Notes: generated from the sequence alone by a model not told the origin. A stretch of DNA of 64,000 bases from Alphaproteobacteria bacterium (GCA_965221125.1 CBDCRW010000004.1:768001-832000), one strand, 5' to 3'; positions 27,111-36,957 are shown, counted from the stretch's first letter. Numbers and translations are program-made.

Positions 27111-27922
27111 TCCGCTCGACTGTCCAGCCGCGGCACCGGCGGGATGCGCAGGATGAGGAAGAGCCCGAGCACGATCATCGGGAGCGAGAGAAGCTGCCCC
27201 ATGGTGATGCCGGACACGATGAAGCCGAGGAAGGCATCGGGCTCGCGGAACAGCTCGGCGATGATGCGGGCGACGCCGTAGCCGGCGAAGAACATGCCGG
27301 CGACGGTGCCGGGCCGCTGCGTGATCCGCTTCGTGTGCGCTGCGACGGCCAGGACCGTGAACAGGACGATGCCCTCCAGGACCGCTTCGTAAAGCTGGCT
27401 CGGGTGGCGCGGCTCGGGCCCTCCGTTCGGGAACACCATAGCCCAGGAGACATCGCTCACCCGGCCGTACAGCTCACCGTTGATGAAATTGGCGATACGG
27501 CCGAGGAAGAGGCCGATCGGCACCTGCGCGCAGACCGCATCGGCGACGGAGAGGAAGCGGATTTTCATGATGCGGGTGTAGAGGACCACGACGACGATCA
27601 CTCCGAGGGCGCCGCCGTGAAAGGACATCCCGCCCTGCCAGATCACGAAAATCTCTTCGGGATTGGAGAGGTAGTACCCCGGCTGGTAGAACAGCACGTA
27701 GCCGAGCCGGCCGCCCAGCACGACGCCGAGGGTGCCGAACACCAGCAAGTCGTCGGCGTGGCGCTTCGTCAGCCCGTCGATGCACCTGCCTGCAAGGTAG
27801 CGCACGTACTGCCAGCCCAGCACGAGGCCGACCACGTAGGAAAGCGCGTACCAGCGGATCGCGACGGGGCCGATCTCGACCGCCACCGGGTCGATGGTGG
27901 GGAAGGCGAGGGCGAAGGTCAT
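27107..27922 (-). CDS. lgt: Prolipoprotein diacylglyceryl transferase
   Basis: IRWYAL, GGRLGY, GGMSFHGG, GRIANFINGELYGR and RHPSQLYE motifs. Confidence 0.95.
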   Translation of the reverse strand: MTFALAFPTIDPVAVEIGPVAIRWYALSYVVGLVLGWQYVRYLAGRCIDGLTKRHADDLLVFGTLGVVLGGRLGYVLFYQPGYYLSNPEEIFVIWQGGMSFHGGALGVIVVVVLYTRIMKIRFLSVADAVCAQVPIGLFLGRIANFINGELYGRVSDVSWAMVFPNGGPEPRHPSQLYEAVLEGIVLFTVLAVAAHTKRITQRPGTVAGMFFAGYGVARIIAELFREPDAFLGFIVSGITMGQLLSLPMIVLGLFLILRIPPVPRLDSRAE

Positions 27923-28905
27923 CGATAGGGGTCGTCCCTGCTCAGATAGTCGCGCACGTAGGTGCCCACGCCCGCCTCGATCGTCGTGAACGGCAGAGCG
28001 TAGCCCGCGCGCCGCAGCCGCTCCATCCGCGCTTCCGTGAAATATTGGTAATGCGCACGCATCGACTCGGGCATCTCCACGTACTCGATCGACGGAGCTT
28101 GCCCGAGCGCGGCGAAGAGCGCACGCGCCAGATCGGAGAACGGCCGCGCCTTGCCGGTGCCGACGTTGAAGAGGCCGCTCACCTGGCGGTTGTCCAGCAG
28201 CCAGAGCATGACGGCGACGCAGTCGCCGACCCAGACGAAGTCGCGGCACTGGCCGCCGTCCGCATGGCGGGGGTCGTAGGACTTGAAGAGGCGCACGGGC
28301 CGCCCTGCCGCGGCGTCGGGATAGACGGTGGCGACGACGCTGCGCTGGCCGCCCTTGTGATACTCGTTGGGGCCATAGACGTTGAAGAACTTGAGGCCCG
28401 CCCATTGCGGCGGCCTTGGCGCGCCCGCTGCGAGCGCATGGGCGATGCGGCGGTCGACGAGGTGCTTGCTGCGGCCGTAGCCGTTGAGGGGCTTCAGCCG
28501 GGCGAGCGCGGGGATCGAGGCGTCATCGTCGAAGCCGCACGAGCCGTCTCCGTAGGTCGCGGCCGAGGAGGCGTAGATCAGCGGCACGCCTTCGGCCGCG
28601 CACCAGCGCCAGAGCGCCATGCTGAAGCGGTAGTTGTTGCGGGTGAGCAGGCTTGCGTCGGTCTCCGTCGTGGACGACGTGGCGCCCAGGTGAAAAACCG
28701 CACGCACCGCGCCCGCGTGATCGGCGAGCCAGGCGGGGAGGCCGGCCGGCTCGACCACGGCCTTGAGGTCGCGCTTGGCAATGGTCCGGCCGTCGCTACC
28801 CGCGCCCGGCCGGTCGCAGACTACCAGCGGCTCCTCGCCGCGCTCTTCCAGGGCGGCGACGAGGTTGGACCCGATGAAGCCCGCGCCGCCCGTGACGATG
28901 ATCAT
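27919..28905 (-). CDS. hldD: ADP-L-glycero-D-manno-heptose 6-epimerase
   Basis: MIIVTGGAGFIGSN, YASSAATYG, YGRSK, FFNVYGPNEYHKG and YQYFTEA motifs. Confidence 0.92.
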   Translation of the reverse strand: MIIVTGGAGFIGSNLVAALEERGEEPLVVCDRPGAGSDGRTIAKRDLKAVVEPAGLPAWLADHAGAVRAVFHLGATSSTTETDASLLTRNNYRFSMALWRWCAAEGVPLIYASSAATYGDGSCGFDDDASIPALARLKPLNGYGRSKHLVDRRIAHALAAGAPRPPQWAGLKFFNVYGPNEYHKGGQRSVVATVYPDAAAGRPVRLFKSYDPRHADGGQCRDFVWVGDCVAVMLWLLDNRQVSGLFNVGTGKARPFSDLARALFAALGQAPSIEYVEMPESMRAHYQYFTEARMERLRRAGYALPFTTIEAGVGTYVRDYLSRDDPYR

Positions 28906-28944
28906 GCCGCTGCGTGCCGCCTTCCCGTTTCACTCGGCGCGGCG

Positions 28945-28974
28945 GTTATAGGGTCCCCCCGGCGCCGCCGGCAA
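28945..28974 (-). promoter_or_regulatory. Candidate sigma70 promoter for the hldD-lgt operon
   Basis: Minus strand reads (C)TTGCCG-N18-TATAAC about 40 nt upstream of hldD, in otherwise very GC-rich DNA. Confidence 0.4.
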
Positions 28975-28980
28975 GCACTG

Positions 28981-29081
28981 CGCGCCGGCTCTGCCGGGCC
29001 GAAGGCCCGGACGGCGCGACTGCGCCGCGCGCCGAATGGCGCGTAGCCAAGCGAGCGGAGCGAGCGCCCGGCGCCTGAGGG
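28981..29081. repeat. REP/MITE-like palindromic intergenic element
   Basis: Nested inverted repeats CGCGCCG..CCGGGCC-GAA-GGCCCGG..CGGCGCG, CGCGCC-GAAT-GGCGCG, and a GCGAGCGGAGCGAGCG motif. Confidence 0.45.
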
Positions 29082-29121
29082 AAACGAAAAGAGTCCGGAG
29101 GAGAGACAGGCGGATTTGGGA

Positions 29122-30000
29122 CTAAATCGTCCGCAGCAGCCCGCCCGTGACGAGGCGCAGTTTCTGCGTGGCCGTGAACCTGATCCGCCGGCCGGCGACG
29201 GGGAAACCCGCCCGCTCGATACGGTCGAGATAGGCCTCGTAGACGCTCCGCATGAGGATGGCGGGGCGCATGGAGCGGCGTTCCGAGCGCGGCAGCGCCT
29301 CGCTCGCCGCGCCGAAGTGCCGGCGCGCCATTCCGCCGAGGGAGCGGCACACCTTCTCGACGCCGGGCGTGCGCCCGATCGCCTCGGGCCTGATGCCCGC
29401 GAGGCCCTGCTTTTCCAGCAGCTCCTGCGGCAGGTAGATGCGGCCGCGCTTCGCGTCCTCCGCCACGTCGCGGAGGATGTTGGTGAGCTGAAACGCCTGG
29501 CCCAGGTGGCGCGCGAAGGTGGGGATGGTGCGCGCGCGGTAGCCGAAGATCTCGACCGAGAGCAGGCCGACGCACCCCGCGACGCAGTGACAGTAGCGTT
29601 CGAGCTCGGCCAGCGTCGGCCGCAGCATGGCGCCGCCACCGTCCATCTCGAAGCCCTCCAGGATCTCCATGAAGTGCCGCTCGGCGAGGCCGAAACGCTC
29701 GACCGGGGCGGCGAGGGCCCGCGTCACCGGATGGCGCGGCGTGCCCTGGTAGAGCGCCCGCACCTCGCCGCGCCAGGCATCGATCAGCGCGCGCGACTCC
29801 TCCGGGTCCTCGATCTCGTCGGCGACGTCGTCGGTCTCGCGGCAGAAGGCGTAGAGCGCCAGCATCGCCTCGCGCTTCTCGCGCGGCAGCAGCATCATCG
29901 GCAGGAAGAACGAGCTCCCCGACGCCCGCGTCACCTCGGCCACGTAGCGCTTCGGGTCCGGGGCCTCCGGGATCGGCAGGCTGACCTCCTGACTCACCAT
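29122..30000 (-). CDS. hpnD: Presqualene diphosphate synthase
   Basis: SGSSFF..LLPREKR.A..LYAFCRETDDVAD, YC..VAGCVG and QLTNILRDVAED..RGRIYLP motifs. Confidence 0.88.
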   Translation of the reverse strand: MVSQEVSLPIPEAPDPKRYVAEVTRASGSSFFLPMMLLPREKREAMLALYAFCRETDDVADEIEDPEESRALIDAWRGEVRALYQGTPRHPVTRALAAPVERFGLAERHFMEILEGFEMDGGGAMLRPTLAELERYCHCVAGCVGLLSVEIFGYRARTIPTFARHLGQAFQLTNILRDVAEDAKRGRIYLPQELLEKQGLAGIRPEAIGRTPGVEKVCRSLGGMARRHFGAASEALPRSERRSMRPAILMRSVYEAYLDRIERAGFPVAGRRIRFTATQKLRLVTGGLLRTI

Positions 30001-30878
30001 GCTTGGGCGATGCCCCTCAACGCAAGGCCCACGCGGGCGGGCGTCGGCACCCTGATCCGCCCGGCGAGGGGGTCGCCATTGCCGAGCCTGCGATGGAGCG
30101 CCCAGGCCAGCCTGACGATCACCGCGCATTCCCAGCGGAAGCGCCGGCGGCGGACCGAGCCCGGCATCGCCTCGGCGCGGCGGAGCAAGACTGCCGTGTG
30201 CTCCAGGCAGCGGTCGATGGCTCGGCGCACCGCCGGCGACGCCCGCTTCTCGGCGAGCATTTCCACACCGCCGCCTGCTTCCTGCAGCCAGGGCTCTGGC
30301 ACGTACACACGGTCCAGCGCGAGGTAGTCCTCGCCGCAGTCCTGCAGGTGGTTGAGCACCTGCAGCGCATTGCAGAGCGCATCCGAGCCCTCGATGTCGG
30401 CATGTTCGCTCTCGCCGTGGATGTCCATCATCACCCGGCCGACCGAAGCCGCCGAGCGCTGGCAGTAGTCCATCAGGTCGTCCCAGTCGGCGTAGCGCAG
30501 CTTGGTCGCGTCCTGCATGAAGGCGGAGAGCAGGTCGCGGCCGTTCTGCGCCGCGCACCCAGTCTCGATCAGGCTGCGGTGGTAGGGAACCGCCCAGTCG
30601 GGGAGCGCCGCTTCGTCCCTGCCGAGGGCATCGCTCGCGGCCTGAAGCCGGGCCACCTTCTCGGCCGCCGGGATGGTGGGCGAATCGGCGATGTCGTCGG
30701 CCTTGCGCGCGAACAGGTAGAAGGCGTGCACGTGGGGCCGGCAATCGGGCGGGATGAGGAAGGAGCCGACCGGGAAATTCTCGCTGTTCGCGCGGATCAG
30801 CGCACTGATGTTCTCTTCGCGCTCAGCCGGCGCCGAATCGCCCGGTGTCTCCACCGCCGCAGTTGCCGTCGTCGCCAT
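29994..30878 (-). CDS. hpnC: Hydroxysqualene synthase
   Basis: ENFPVGSFL, FARKADDIAD, LLSAFMQD, YCQRSAASVGR and LQVLNHLQDC..D...DRVY motifs. Confidence 0.88.
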   Translation of the reverse strand: MATTATAAVETPGDSAPAEREENISALIRANSENFPVGSFLIPPDCRPHVHAFYLFARKADDIADSPTIPAAEKVARLQAASDALGRDEAALPDWAVPYHRSLIETGCAAQNGRDLLSAFMQDATKLRYADWDDLMDYCQRSAASVGRVMMDIHGESEHADIEGSDALCNALQVLNHLQDCGEDYLALDRVYVPEPWLQEAGGGVEMLAEKRASPAVRRAIDRCLEHTAVLLRRAEAMPGSVRRRRFRWECAVIVRLAWALHRRLGNGDPLAGRIRVPTPARVGLALRGIAQAW

Positions 30879-30898
30879 GTGCCCCGCGCCCCGCGCCC

Positions 30899-32125
30899 TC
30901 AGCCGGCGTCGGCGAGCAGCCGCTCCGCCAGGCCCCGCGCGGCGCGGTCGATCTCGTACACGTCGTCGAGCGCAGCGACGGCGCGATGGTTGGTCCGCTC
31001 CAGGCAGCGCTCCACCGTCTGCGCGATCTCCAGGAAGCCGATCCGGCGATCCAGGAAGCCGCCGACCGCCACCTCGTTGGCGGCGTTGAGCACGATGGGC
31101 GCGCTGCCCCCTTGCGTCAGCGCGTCCCGCGCGAGCCTGAGCGCCGGGAAGCGCACCGGGTCCGGCGGCTCGAAGGTGAGGCGGCCGAGCTCCGCGAGAT
31201 CGAGCTTCGGCGAGGGTGCCGCGATGCGGGCCGGCCAGGCGAGGGAATAGGCGATGGGCGTGCGCATGTCGGGCGTGCCGAGCTGCGCCAGCACGGAGCC
31301 GTCCACGTAAGCCACCATGCTGTGGATCACCGACTGCGGATGCACCAGCACCTCGATCTGCTCCGCGTCGACGGGGAACAAGTGAAAGGCCTCGATCATC
31401 TCGAGGCCCTTGTTCATCATGGTTGCCGAATCCACCGAAATCTTGGCGCCCATGTCCCAGTTGGGGTGGGCGACGGCCTCCTCCGGCGTGGCCTTCGCCA
31501 TGGTCTCCATCGACGCCTCGCGGAACGGCCCGCCCGAGGCGGTGAGCACGATCTTCTCGACGCCGTCCGAGCGCTCGAAGTCGAACACCTGGTAGATCGC
31601 GTTGTGCTCCGAATCGACCGGGAGCAGCGTCGCCCCGCCGCGCTCGACCTCGGCCAGCATGAGCGAGCCGGCGCAGACCAGGCACTCCTTGTTGGCCAGG
31701 CCGATGATGGCGCCCTGCGCGGCTGCGGCGAGCGTGGGCCGGAGCCCGGCCGCGCCGACGATCCCGGCCATGACGAAATCGGCGGGCGCAGCGGCGGCCT
31801 CGACCAGAGCCTCGGGGCCGGCGGCGATAGCAGTGTCGGTGCCGGCGAGAGCCTCCTCGAGGGCGCCATGGAGAGCGGGATCGCCGATGACGGCCTGCTT
31901 CGCGCCGACCTGGCGCGCCTGCTCGGCGAGGCGCTCGACGCTCCGCTGGGCGGTCAGCGCCTCGACCTCGAACGCGCCCGGGTGGCGGACGATCAGATCG
32001 ATGGTGTTGCAGCCGATCGAGCCGGTGGAGCCCAGGATGGTGACGCGCCTGGGTTCCGCCCCCTCGGCGGCGGCCGGGATGTACGGCTCGGGCGAGACGT
32101 CGACGGTCGCGTCCATCGGCGCCAT
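30899..32125 (-). CDS. dxr: 1-deoxy-D-xylulose 5-phosphate reductoisomerase
   Basis: LGSTGSIG, LANKE, PVDSEH, TASGGPF, HPNWDMGAKISVDSATMMNKGLE and NAANE motifs. Confidence 0.96.
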   Translation of the reverse strand: MAPMDATVDVSPEPYIPAAAEGAEPRRVTILGSTGSIGCNTIDLIVRHPGAFEVEALTAQRSVERLAEQARQVGAKQAVIGDPALHGALEEALAGTDTAIAAGPEALVEAAAAPADFVMAGIVGAAGLRPTLAAAAQGAIIGLANKECLVCAGSLMLAEVERGGATLLPVDSEHNAIYQVFDFERSDGVEKIVLTASGGPFREASMETMAKATPEEAVAHPNWDMGAKISVDSATMMNKGLEMIEAFHLFPVDAEQIEVLVHPQSVIHSMVAYVDGSVLAQLGTPDMRTPIAYSLAWPARIAAPSPKLDLAELGRLTFEPPDPVRFPALRLARDALTQGGSAPIVLNAANEVAVGGFLDRRIGFLEIAQTVERCLERTNHRAVAALDDVYEIDRAARGLAERLLADAG

Positions 32126-32250
32126 TCACAATTCCCTTCGTCAGCCGGAGACTTCGCGTCCCATAGCGATTATCTTTCCAGCCCTCTCTCGCCATCGCAA
32201 CCGCAAAGGCCGACGCGGCGACCGAGGGACCCGCGCCGCCGGAGGACGAC

Positions 32251-32583
32251 ATGAGCCTGACGAGCAAGACCTGCGTGCCCTGCCGGGGCGGCATTCCGCC
32301 GCTCGAAGAGTCGCAAGCGCAAGAGCTTCTGGGCCAGACGCCCGGATGGGAGCTGATCGACGACGCCACAAAGATCCGCCGCACCTTCTCGCTCGGCGAC
32401 TTCGCCGAGTCCATGGCGCTGGTGAACAAGGTGGGCGACCTCGCCGAGGAGGAGGGCCACCACCCGGACATCACCTTCGGCTGGGGCTACTGCACGGTCC
32501 TCTTCTACACCCACAAGATCAAGGGCCTGCACGAGAACGACTTCATCATGGCGGCCAAGGTCAACGCGCTGGCCGGGGGGTAG
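32251..32583 (+). CDS. phhB: Pterin-4-alpha-carbinolamine dehydratase
   Basis: CVPCRGG, AEEEGHHPD and TH..KGLHENDFIMAAK motifs. Confidence 0.92.
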   Translation: MSLTSKTCVPCRGGIPPLEESQAQELLGQTPGWELIDDATKIRRTFSLGDFAESMALVNKVGDLAEEEGHHPDITFGWGYCTVLFYTHKIKGLHENDFIMAAKVNALAGG

Positions 32584-32601
32584 GAGAGCCGGCCCCAAGG
32601 C

Positions 32602-33105
32602 TCACGACCCCAGTAGCGCGTCCACCTCCGACATCCGCAGGACGAGCATCAAGGGCTCGCGATCCGAGAACGGACGGAAACCGAACCGTCCGTAAAACGA
32701 CTTTGCCCGCTCGTCGATGGACTGCACCACGATGGCGCGGGCGCCGATGACCTCTGCCGCAGCCCGTGCGCGGCGGACGGCGTCGATCAGCAGGTCCGAG
32801 CCGAGCCGCCGGCCCTGGTAGGCGCTGTCCACGGCAAGCTGTCCCAACAGGATGACCGGGACCGGCTCGGGCATGTTGCGGCCCACCCGTGACGACAGGC
32901 GCTGCCTCTCGATGGCGCTGGCGGCCAGGCTGTAGAAGCCGGCCACGCGCTCGCCGTCGCAGGCGACATAGGTGCGTGCGCCGCCCCTGGCTTCGTTGAG
33001 GCGCGCCTTGCTCTGCAGCCAGGCGTCGAGGCCAGGCACGCCCGACGAGAACTGCGAGACGTCGTGCCGAGGGACGAGCGGCTCCGGTGCCGCTACCGCT
33101 CCCAC
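32602..33105 (-). CDS. GNAT-family acetyltransferase toxin (TacT/AtaT-like)
   Basis: PEPL..HD...FSSG..LDAWL, RNMPEPVPVILLGQLAVD..YQG..LG and A..FY..FGF motifs; downstream of a DUF1778 gene. Confidence 0.88.
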   Translation of the reverse strand: MGAVAAPEPLVPRHDVSQFSSGVPGLDAWLQSKARLNEARGGARTYVACDGERVAGFYSLAASAIERQRLSSRVGRNMPEPVPVILLGQLAVDSAYQGRRLGSDLLIDAVRRARAAAEVIGARAIVVQSIDERAKSFYGRFGFRPFSDREPLMLVLRMSEVDALLGS

Positions 33106-33350
33106 TGTGGCCGGCGTGCGAAACGCTCCTTCACGGCAGGATCGATATCGACCGGCGCGTCAAGCGCGGCGGCAAACGCGTCCCAGGCCTCGTCGTCAAG
33201 GGCGATGATCGGACGCTCGTTCAGGGTCTCGATTGCCGCCGCCTCGCTCGACCGCAGCACGAACTCGGTTCGCGTGACGCCCCTGATCGCCGCCGCGCGG
33301 TCGATGAAGGCGAGGCGTTCTTCGGACATGCGAAAGTTAACCTGGGCCAT
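33093..33350 (-). CDS. DUF1778 ribbon-helix-helix antitoxin (TacA-like)
   Basis: VNFRMS...IDRAA..GVTRTEFV...L....WDAF..ALD.P pattern; overlaps the toxin gene. Confidence 0.88.
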   Translation of the reverse strand: MAQVNFRMSEERLAFIDRAAAIRGVTRTEFVLRSSEAAAIETLNERPIIALDDEAWDAFAAALDAPVDIDPAVKERFARRPQWER

Positions 33351-33459
33351 AGCGGCGTCCTTCGTGCGGCTTGCAGACTTGGGACTATCGCAGAGGGGCG
33401 TATAGCATGTGTATAGAAAATCGGAAAGGACCCGCCGTCTTGGATGGCGGACCGGCGGC

Positions 33460-36400
33460 CTACGGCGCGGAGCTTCCGGCGAGCGCGCAGAGGTCCCGCA
33501 GGATGCGCTGCACGCCCTCCAGCCGCGCTTCGGTATCGGGCCAGCGGCGCGTGACGATGAGGCGGCTGTCGGGGCGCAGCCGCACCTCGTTCTCCGGTGC
33601 CGACACGTAGCGGACCAGCGCCGCCGGCTCGCCGAAGCCGCCGTCGCGAAAGCTCAGCACCGCGCCTTTGGGCCCGGCCTCCACACGCTCGATGCCGCTG
33701 CTCCGGCAAAGCTGCTTGATCGCCATGATCTCCAGCAGGTGGTGAACGGAGTCCGGTGGCGGGCCGAAGCGGTCGGTCAGCTCGTCGACGAAGGCGTCGA
33801 TTTCGGCCTGATCTTCCAGCGCCGCAACCCGTCGGTAGAGGGTGAGCCGCACGTCCAGGTCGCGCACGTAGCTCTCCGGGATCAGCACGGACGTGCCGAG
33901 GCTGATGGTGGGCGACCAGCGCTCTTCCGGCGGCGCCTCGCCCCCGGCGGCGGCGCGCGCCGTCGCCACGGCCTCCTCCAGCATGTGCTGGTAGAGCTCG
34001 ATGCCCACCTCGCGGATATGGCCCGACTGCTCCGGCCCGAGCAGGTTGCCCGCCCCCCTGATGTCGAGGTCGTGGCTCGCCAGGCTGAAGCCGGCGCCGA
34101 GCCCATCCAGCCGGTGAATGACCTGGAGCCGCTTGTGCGCGGTGTCGGTGAGCCGATGGCCGGGCGGCAGCGTCAGATAGGCGTAGCCGCGCAGCTTCGC
34201 CCGTCCGATTCGCCCGCGCAGCTGATAGAGCTGGGCCAGCCCGAAGCGGTCGGCGCGATGCACGATCATGGTGTTGACCCGCTGAAGGTCGAGCCCCGAT
34301 TCGATGATCGCGGTGGAGACGAGGACGTCGAACTTGCCGTCGTAGAAGTCGCCCATGATCGAATCCAGCGCACGGGCTGCGAGCCGGCCGTGGGCGACGC
34401 CCACCTTCACCTCGGGCACGAGCTGGCGCACGCGCTCGGCCACCTCGTCGAGGTCGGCGATGCGCGGGCACACGTAGAACGTCTGCCCGCCCCGCAGGTG
34501 CTCGCGCATCAATGCCTCGCGCACCACCACCGGGTCGTAGGGCAGGATGAAGGTGCGCACCGCGAGGCGGTCCACCGGCGGGGTCGCGATGACGCTCATG
34601 TCGCGCACGCCGCTCAGCGCCATCTGCAGCGTGCGCGGGATCGGCGTCGCCGTCAGCGTCAGCACGTGGGCTTCGGCCTTGAGCTGCTTCAGGCGCTCCT
34701 TGTGGGCGACCCCAAAATGCTGCTCCTCGTCCACGACGACGAGGCCGAGGTCGTTGAAGGCGATCTGCTTGCCCAGCAGCGCGTGGGTGCCGATGACGAT
34801 GTCGATCTCGCCGCCCGCGATGCCGCGCTTGACTTCCGCCTGCGCCTTGGCCGGTACCAGGCGCGAGAGCTGCGCGATCCGCACGGGCAGGCGGGAGAAG
34901 CGCTCGCCGAAGGTCTGCATGTGCTGCCGGCTGAGCAGAGTGGTGGGGGTCAGCACCGCGACCTGCTTGCCGGCCTGGATCGCGTGGAACGCCGCGCGCA
35001 GCGCCACTTCCGTCTTGCCGAAGCCGACGTCGCCGCAGACCAGCCGATCCATTGCCCGGCCGGCGTCGAGGTCGCCGATCGCCTCGTCGATGGCGCGGGC
35101 CTGGTCCTCGGTCTCGACGTAGGGGAAGCCCGCGCAGAAGGCGTCGTAGAGCGCGCCCGGCGCAGCGAGCTTCGGCGCGGGCCGAGTCGCGCGCTCGGCG
35201 GCGAGCCCGATGAGCTGGTTCGCCATCTCGCGGATGCGCTGCTTGAGGCGTGCCTTGCGCGCCTGCCAGCCGGCACCGCCGAGCCTATCCAGCGCGACGG
35301 GCTGGTCGGCCGAGCCGTAGCGCGACAGCAGCTCGATGTTTTCCACGGGCAGGAACAGCCGGTCGTCGCCGTCGTAGAGAATGCGCAGGCAGTCGTGGGG
35401 GGCGTGGTCTACCTCCAGCGTCACCAGTCCGTCGTAGCGGCCGATGCCGTGGTCGACGTGCACCACCAGGTCGCCGTCCGCGAGCGCCGCCGCGTCGACC
35501 AAGAAATTCTCGGCGGGCTTCCGCCGGCGTCGCTCGGGCCGGCTCGCGCGCGCGCCCAGGATGTCCTGCTCGGCGATCACGGCGAGACCCGCCGAGACGA
35601 ACCCCCGCTCCAGCGGCAGCACGGCGGCTGCGACGATTCCGGGCGGCAGCGCGCAGGCGCCGCGCCAGTCGGCGACCGGCTCGATCCCGTGCACGCCGTG
35701 CTCGCGCAGCAGGCGGACCATGCGGTCGCGGCTGCCGGCGCCTGCGCTCGCGATCAGGACCCTGCGATTGCTCTCCTGCAGCCAGTCGATGTGATCGCTC
35801 ACGGTCTCGAACAGCGCCCCGCCCCGCTGCGCCCGCTCGGCGACGAAGTCGCGACCGTCGCGGGCGCCTGCGTCCGCGCCGCCTTCCGTCTCGACGAAGG
35901 GCGAGCACTGCGCGACCGGGCGGCGTGCGAGCAGCCGCGCCCATTCCTCCGCATCGAGAAAGAGCGACTCCGTCGGGACCGGGTGATAGGGCGCGTCCGC
36001 GACCGATGAGGCTCGCGGGTTCGCGCGCGCATCGTAGAAGTCGGCGATGGTCTCGAAGCGGTCGTCGCGCGCTTCCATCGCGCGATGGTCGAGCAGCACC
36101 GGGCCGTCCGGCGAGTAGTCGAACAGCGTCTCGAGCCCGTCGTGGAAGAGCGGCAGCCAGTGCTCGATGCCGGAATAGCGCCGGCCCGCGGAGACCGCCT
36201 CGTAGAGCGGGTCCTCCCCGGTCACCGCCCCGAACCGCCGGCGATAGGCCGAGCGGAAGCGGGCGATCGACTGCGGGTTGAGCAGCACCTCGCTGACCGG
36301 CGCGAGATACAGCGCATCGGCGGGCTCGGCGCGGCGCTGCGACACGGGGTCGAACCAGCGCATGGTCTCGATCGTGTCGCCGAAGAAGTCGAGCCGCACC

Positions 36401-36957
36401 GGGCGCTCGGCATTGGGCGGGAAGATGTCCACGATGCCGCCGCGCACGGCATAGTCGCCCGCGTCCATCACCGTGCCGGTGCGCACGAACCCGTTGCGTT
36501 CCAGGTAGCCGAGCAGGGTCTCGGTATCGAGGGAGGCACCGGCCGCGAGCGGCAGCGTCGCGTCGGCGAGCATGGTGCGTGGCGGCACACGCTGGAGCGC
36601 GGCGTTGACCGTGGTGAGCACCACCCTGGGCCGCGCCGCACCGTCGCCCAGAAGGCGGACGAGACCGGCGAGCCGCCGGCTCGCGATGTCGGCGCGGGGC
36701 GAGACCCGGTCGTAGGGCAGGCAGTCCCAGGCCGGGATGGTGACCAGGGCGCATCCGGGATCGAAGAAGGCGAGCATCGCGGAGAGCCGTGCGAGCCTCG
36801 CGTCGTCGCGGGCGACGTAGAGGGCTGGTGCCGCGTGTGTCTCTGCCAGCTTGAGCAGCAGCGCCGCCGCAAAACCCTCGGGCACGCCGCCGACGGTGGT
36901 GGCCTTTCCTAGCGCGGTGAGCGCGCGCACGCAGCGATCGGGAACGAGGACGCTCAC
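33460..36957 (-). CDS. mfd: Transcription-repair coupling factor
   Basis: AVRGGIVDIF, VHVDHGIGRY, CGDVGFGKTEV, DEEQHFGV, QLYQLRGRIGR and DLDIRGAGNLLG motifs. Confidence 0.97.
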   Translation of the reverse strand: MSVLVPDRCVRALTALGKATTVGGVPEGFAAALLLKLAETHAAPALYVARDDARLARLSAMLAFFDPGCALVTIPAWDCLPYDRVSPRADIASRRLAGLVRLLGDGAARPRVVLTTVNAALQRVPPRTMLADATLPLAAGASLDTETLLGYLERNGFVRTGTVMDAGDYAVRGGIVDIFPPNAERPVRLDFFGDTIETMRWFDPVSQRRAEPADALYLAPVSEVLLNPQSIARFRSAYRRRFGAVTGEDPLYEAVSAGRRYSGIEHWLPLFHDGLETLFDYSPDGPVLLDHRAMEARDDRFETIADFYDARANPRASSVADAPYHPVPTESLFLDAEEWARLLARRPVAQCSPFVETEGGADAGARDGRDFVAERAQRGGALFETVSDHIDWLQESNRRVLIASAGAGSRDRMVRLLREHGVHGIEPVADWRGACALPPGIVAAAVLPLERGFVSAGLAVIAEQDILGARASRPERRRRKPAENFLVDAAALADGDLVVHVDHGIGRYDGLVTLEVDHAPHDCLRILYDGDDRLFLPVENIELLSRYGSADQPVALDRLGGAGWQARKARLKQRIREMANQLIGLAAERATRPAPKLAAPGALYDAFCAGFPYVETEDQARAIDEAIGDLDAGRAMDRLVCGDVGFGKTEVALRAAFHAIQAGKQVAVLTPTTLLSRQHMQTFGERFSRLPVRIAQLSRLVPAKAQAEVKRGIAGGEIDIVIGTHALLGKQIAFNDLGLVVVDEEQHFGVAHKERLKQLKAEAHVLTLTATPIPRTLQMALSGVRDMSVIATPPVDRLAVRTFILPYDPVVVREALMREHLRGGQTFYVCPRIADLDEVAERVRQLVPEVKVGVAHGRLAARALDSIMGDFYDGKFDVLVSTAIIESGLDLQRVNTMIVHRADRFGLAQLYQLRGRIGRAKLRGYAYLTLPPGHRLTDTAHKRLQVIHRLDGLGAGFSLASHDLDIRGAGNLLGPEQSGHIREVGIELYQHMLEEAVATARAAAGGEAPPEERWSPTISLGTSVLIPESYVRDLDVRLTLYRRVAALEDQAEIDAFVDELTDRFGPPPDSVHHLLEIMAIKQLCRSSGIERVEAGPKGAVLSFRDGGFGEPAALVRYVSAPENEVRLRPDSRLIVTRRWPDTEARLEGVQRILRDLCALAGSSAP

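Noticed and set aside
29994-32474. Apparent 826-aa HpnC with a long N-terminal extension
   Set aside because: The extension is an alternative frame over dxr. HpnC starts at 30878.
33409-36009. 866-aa plus-strand ORF
   Set aside because: Antisense shadow of mfd.
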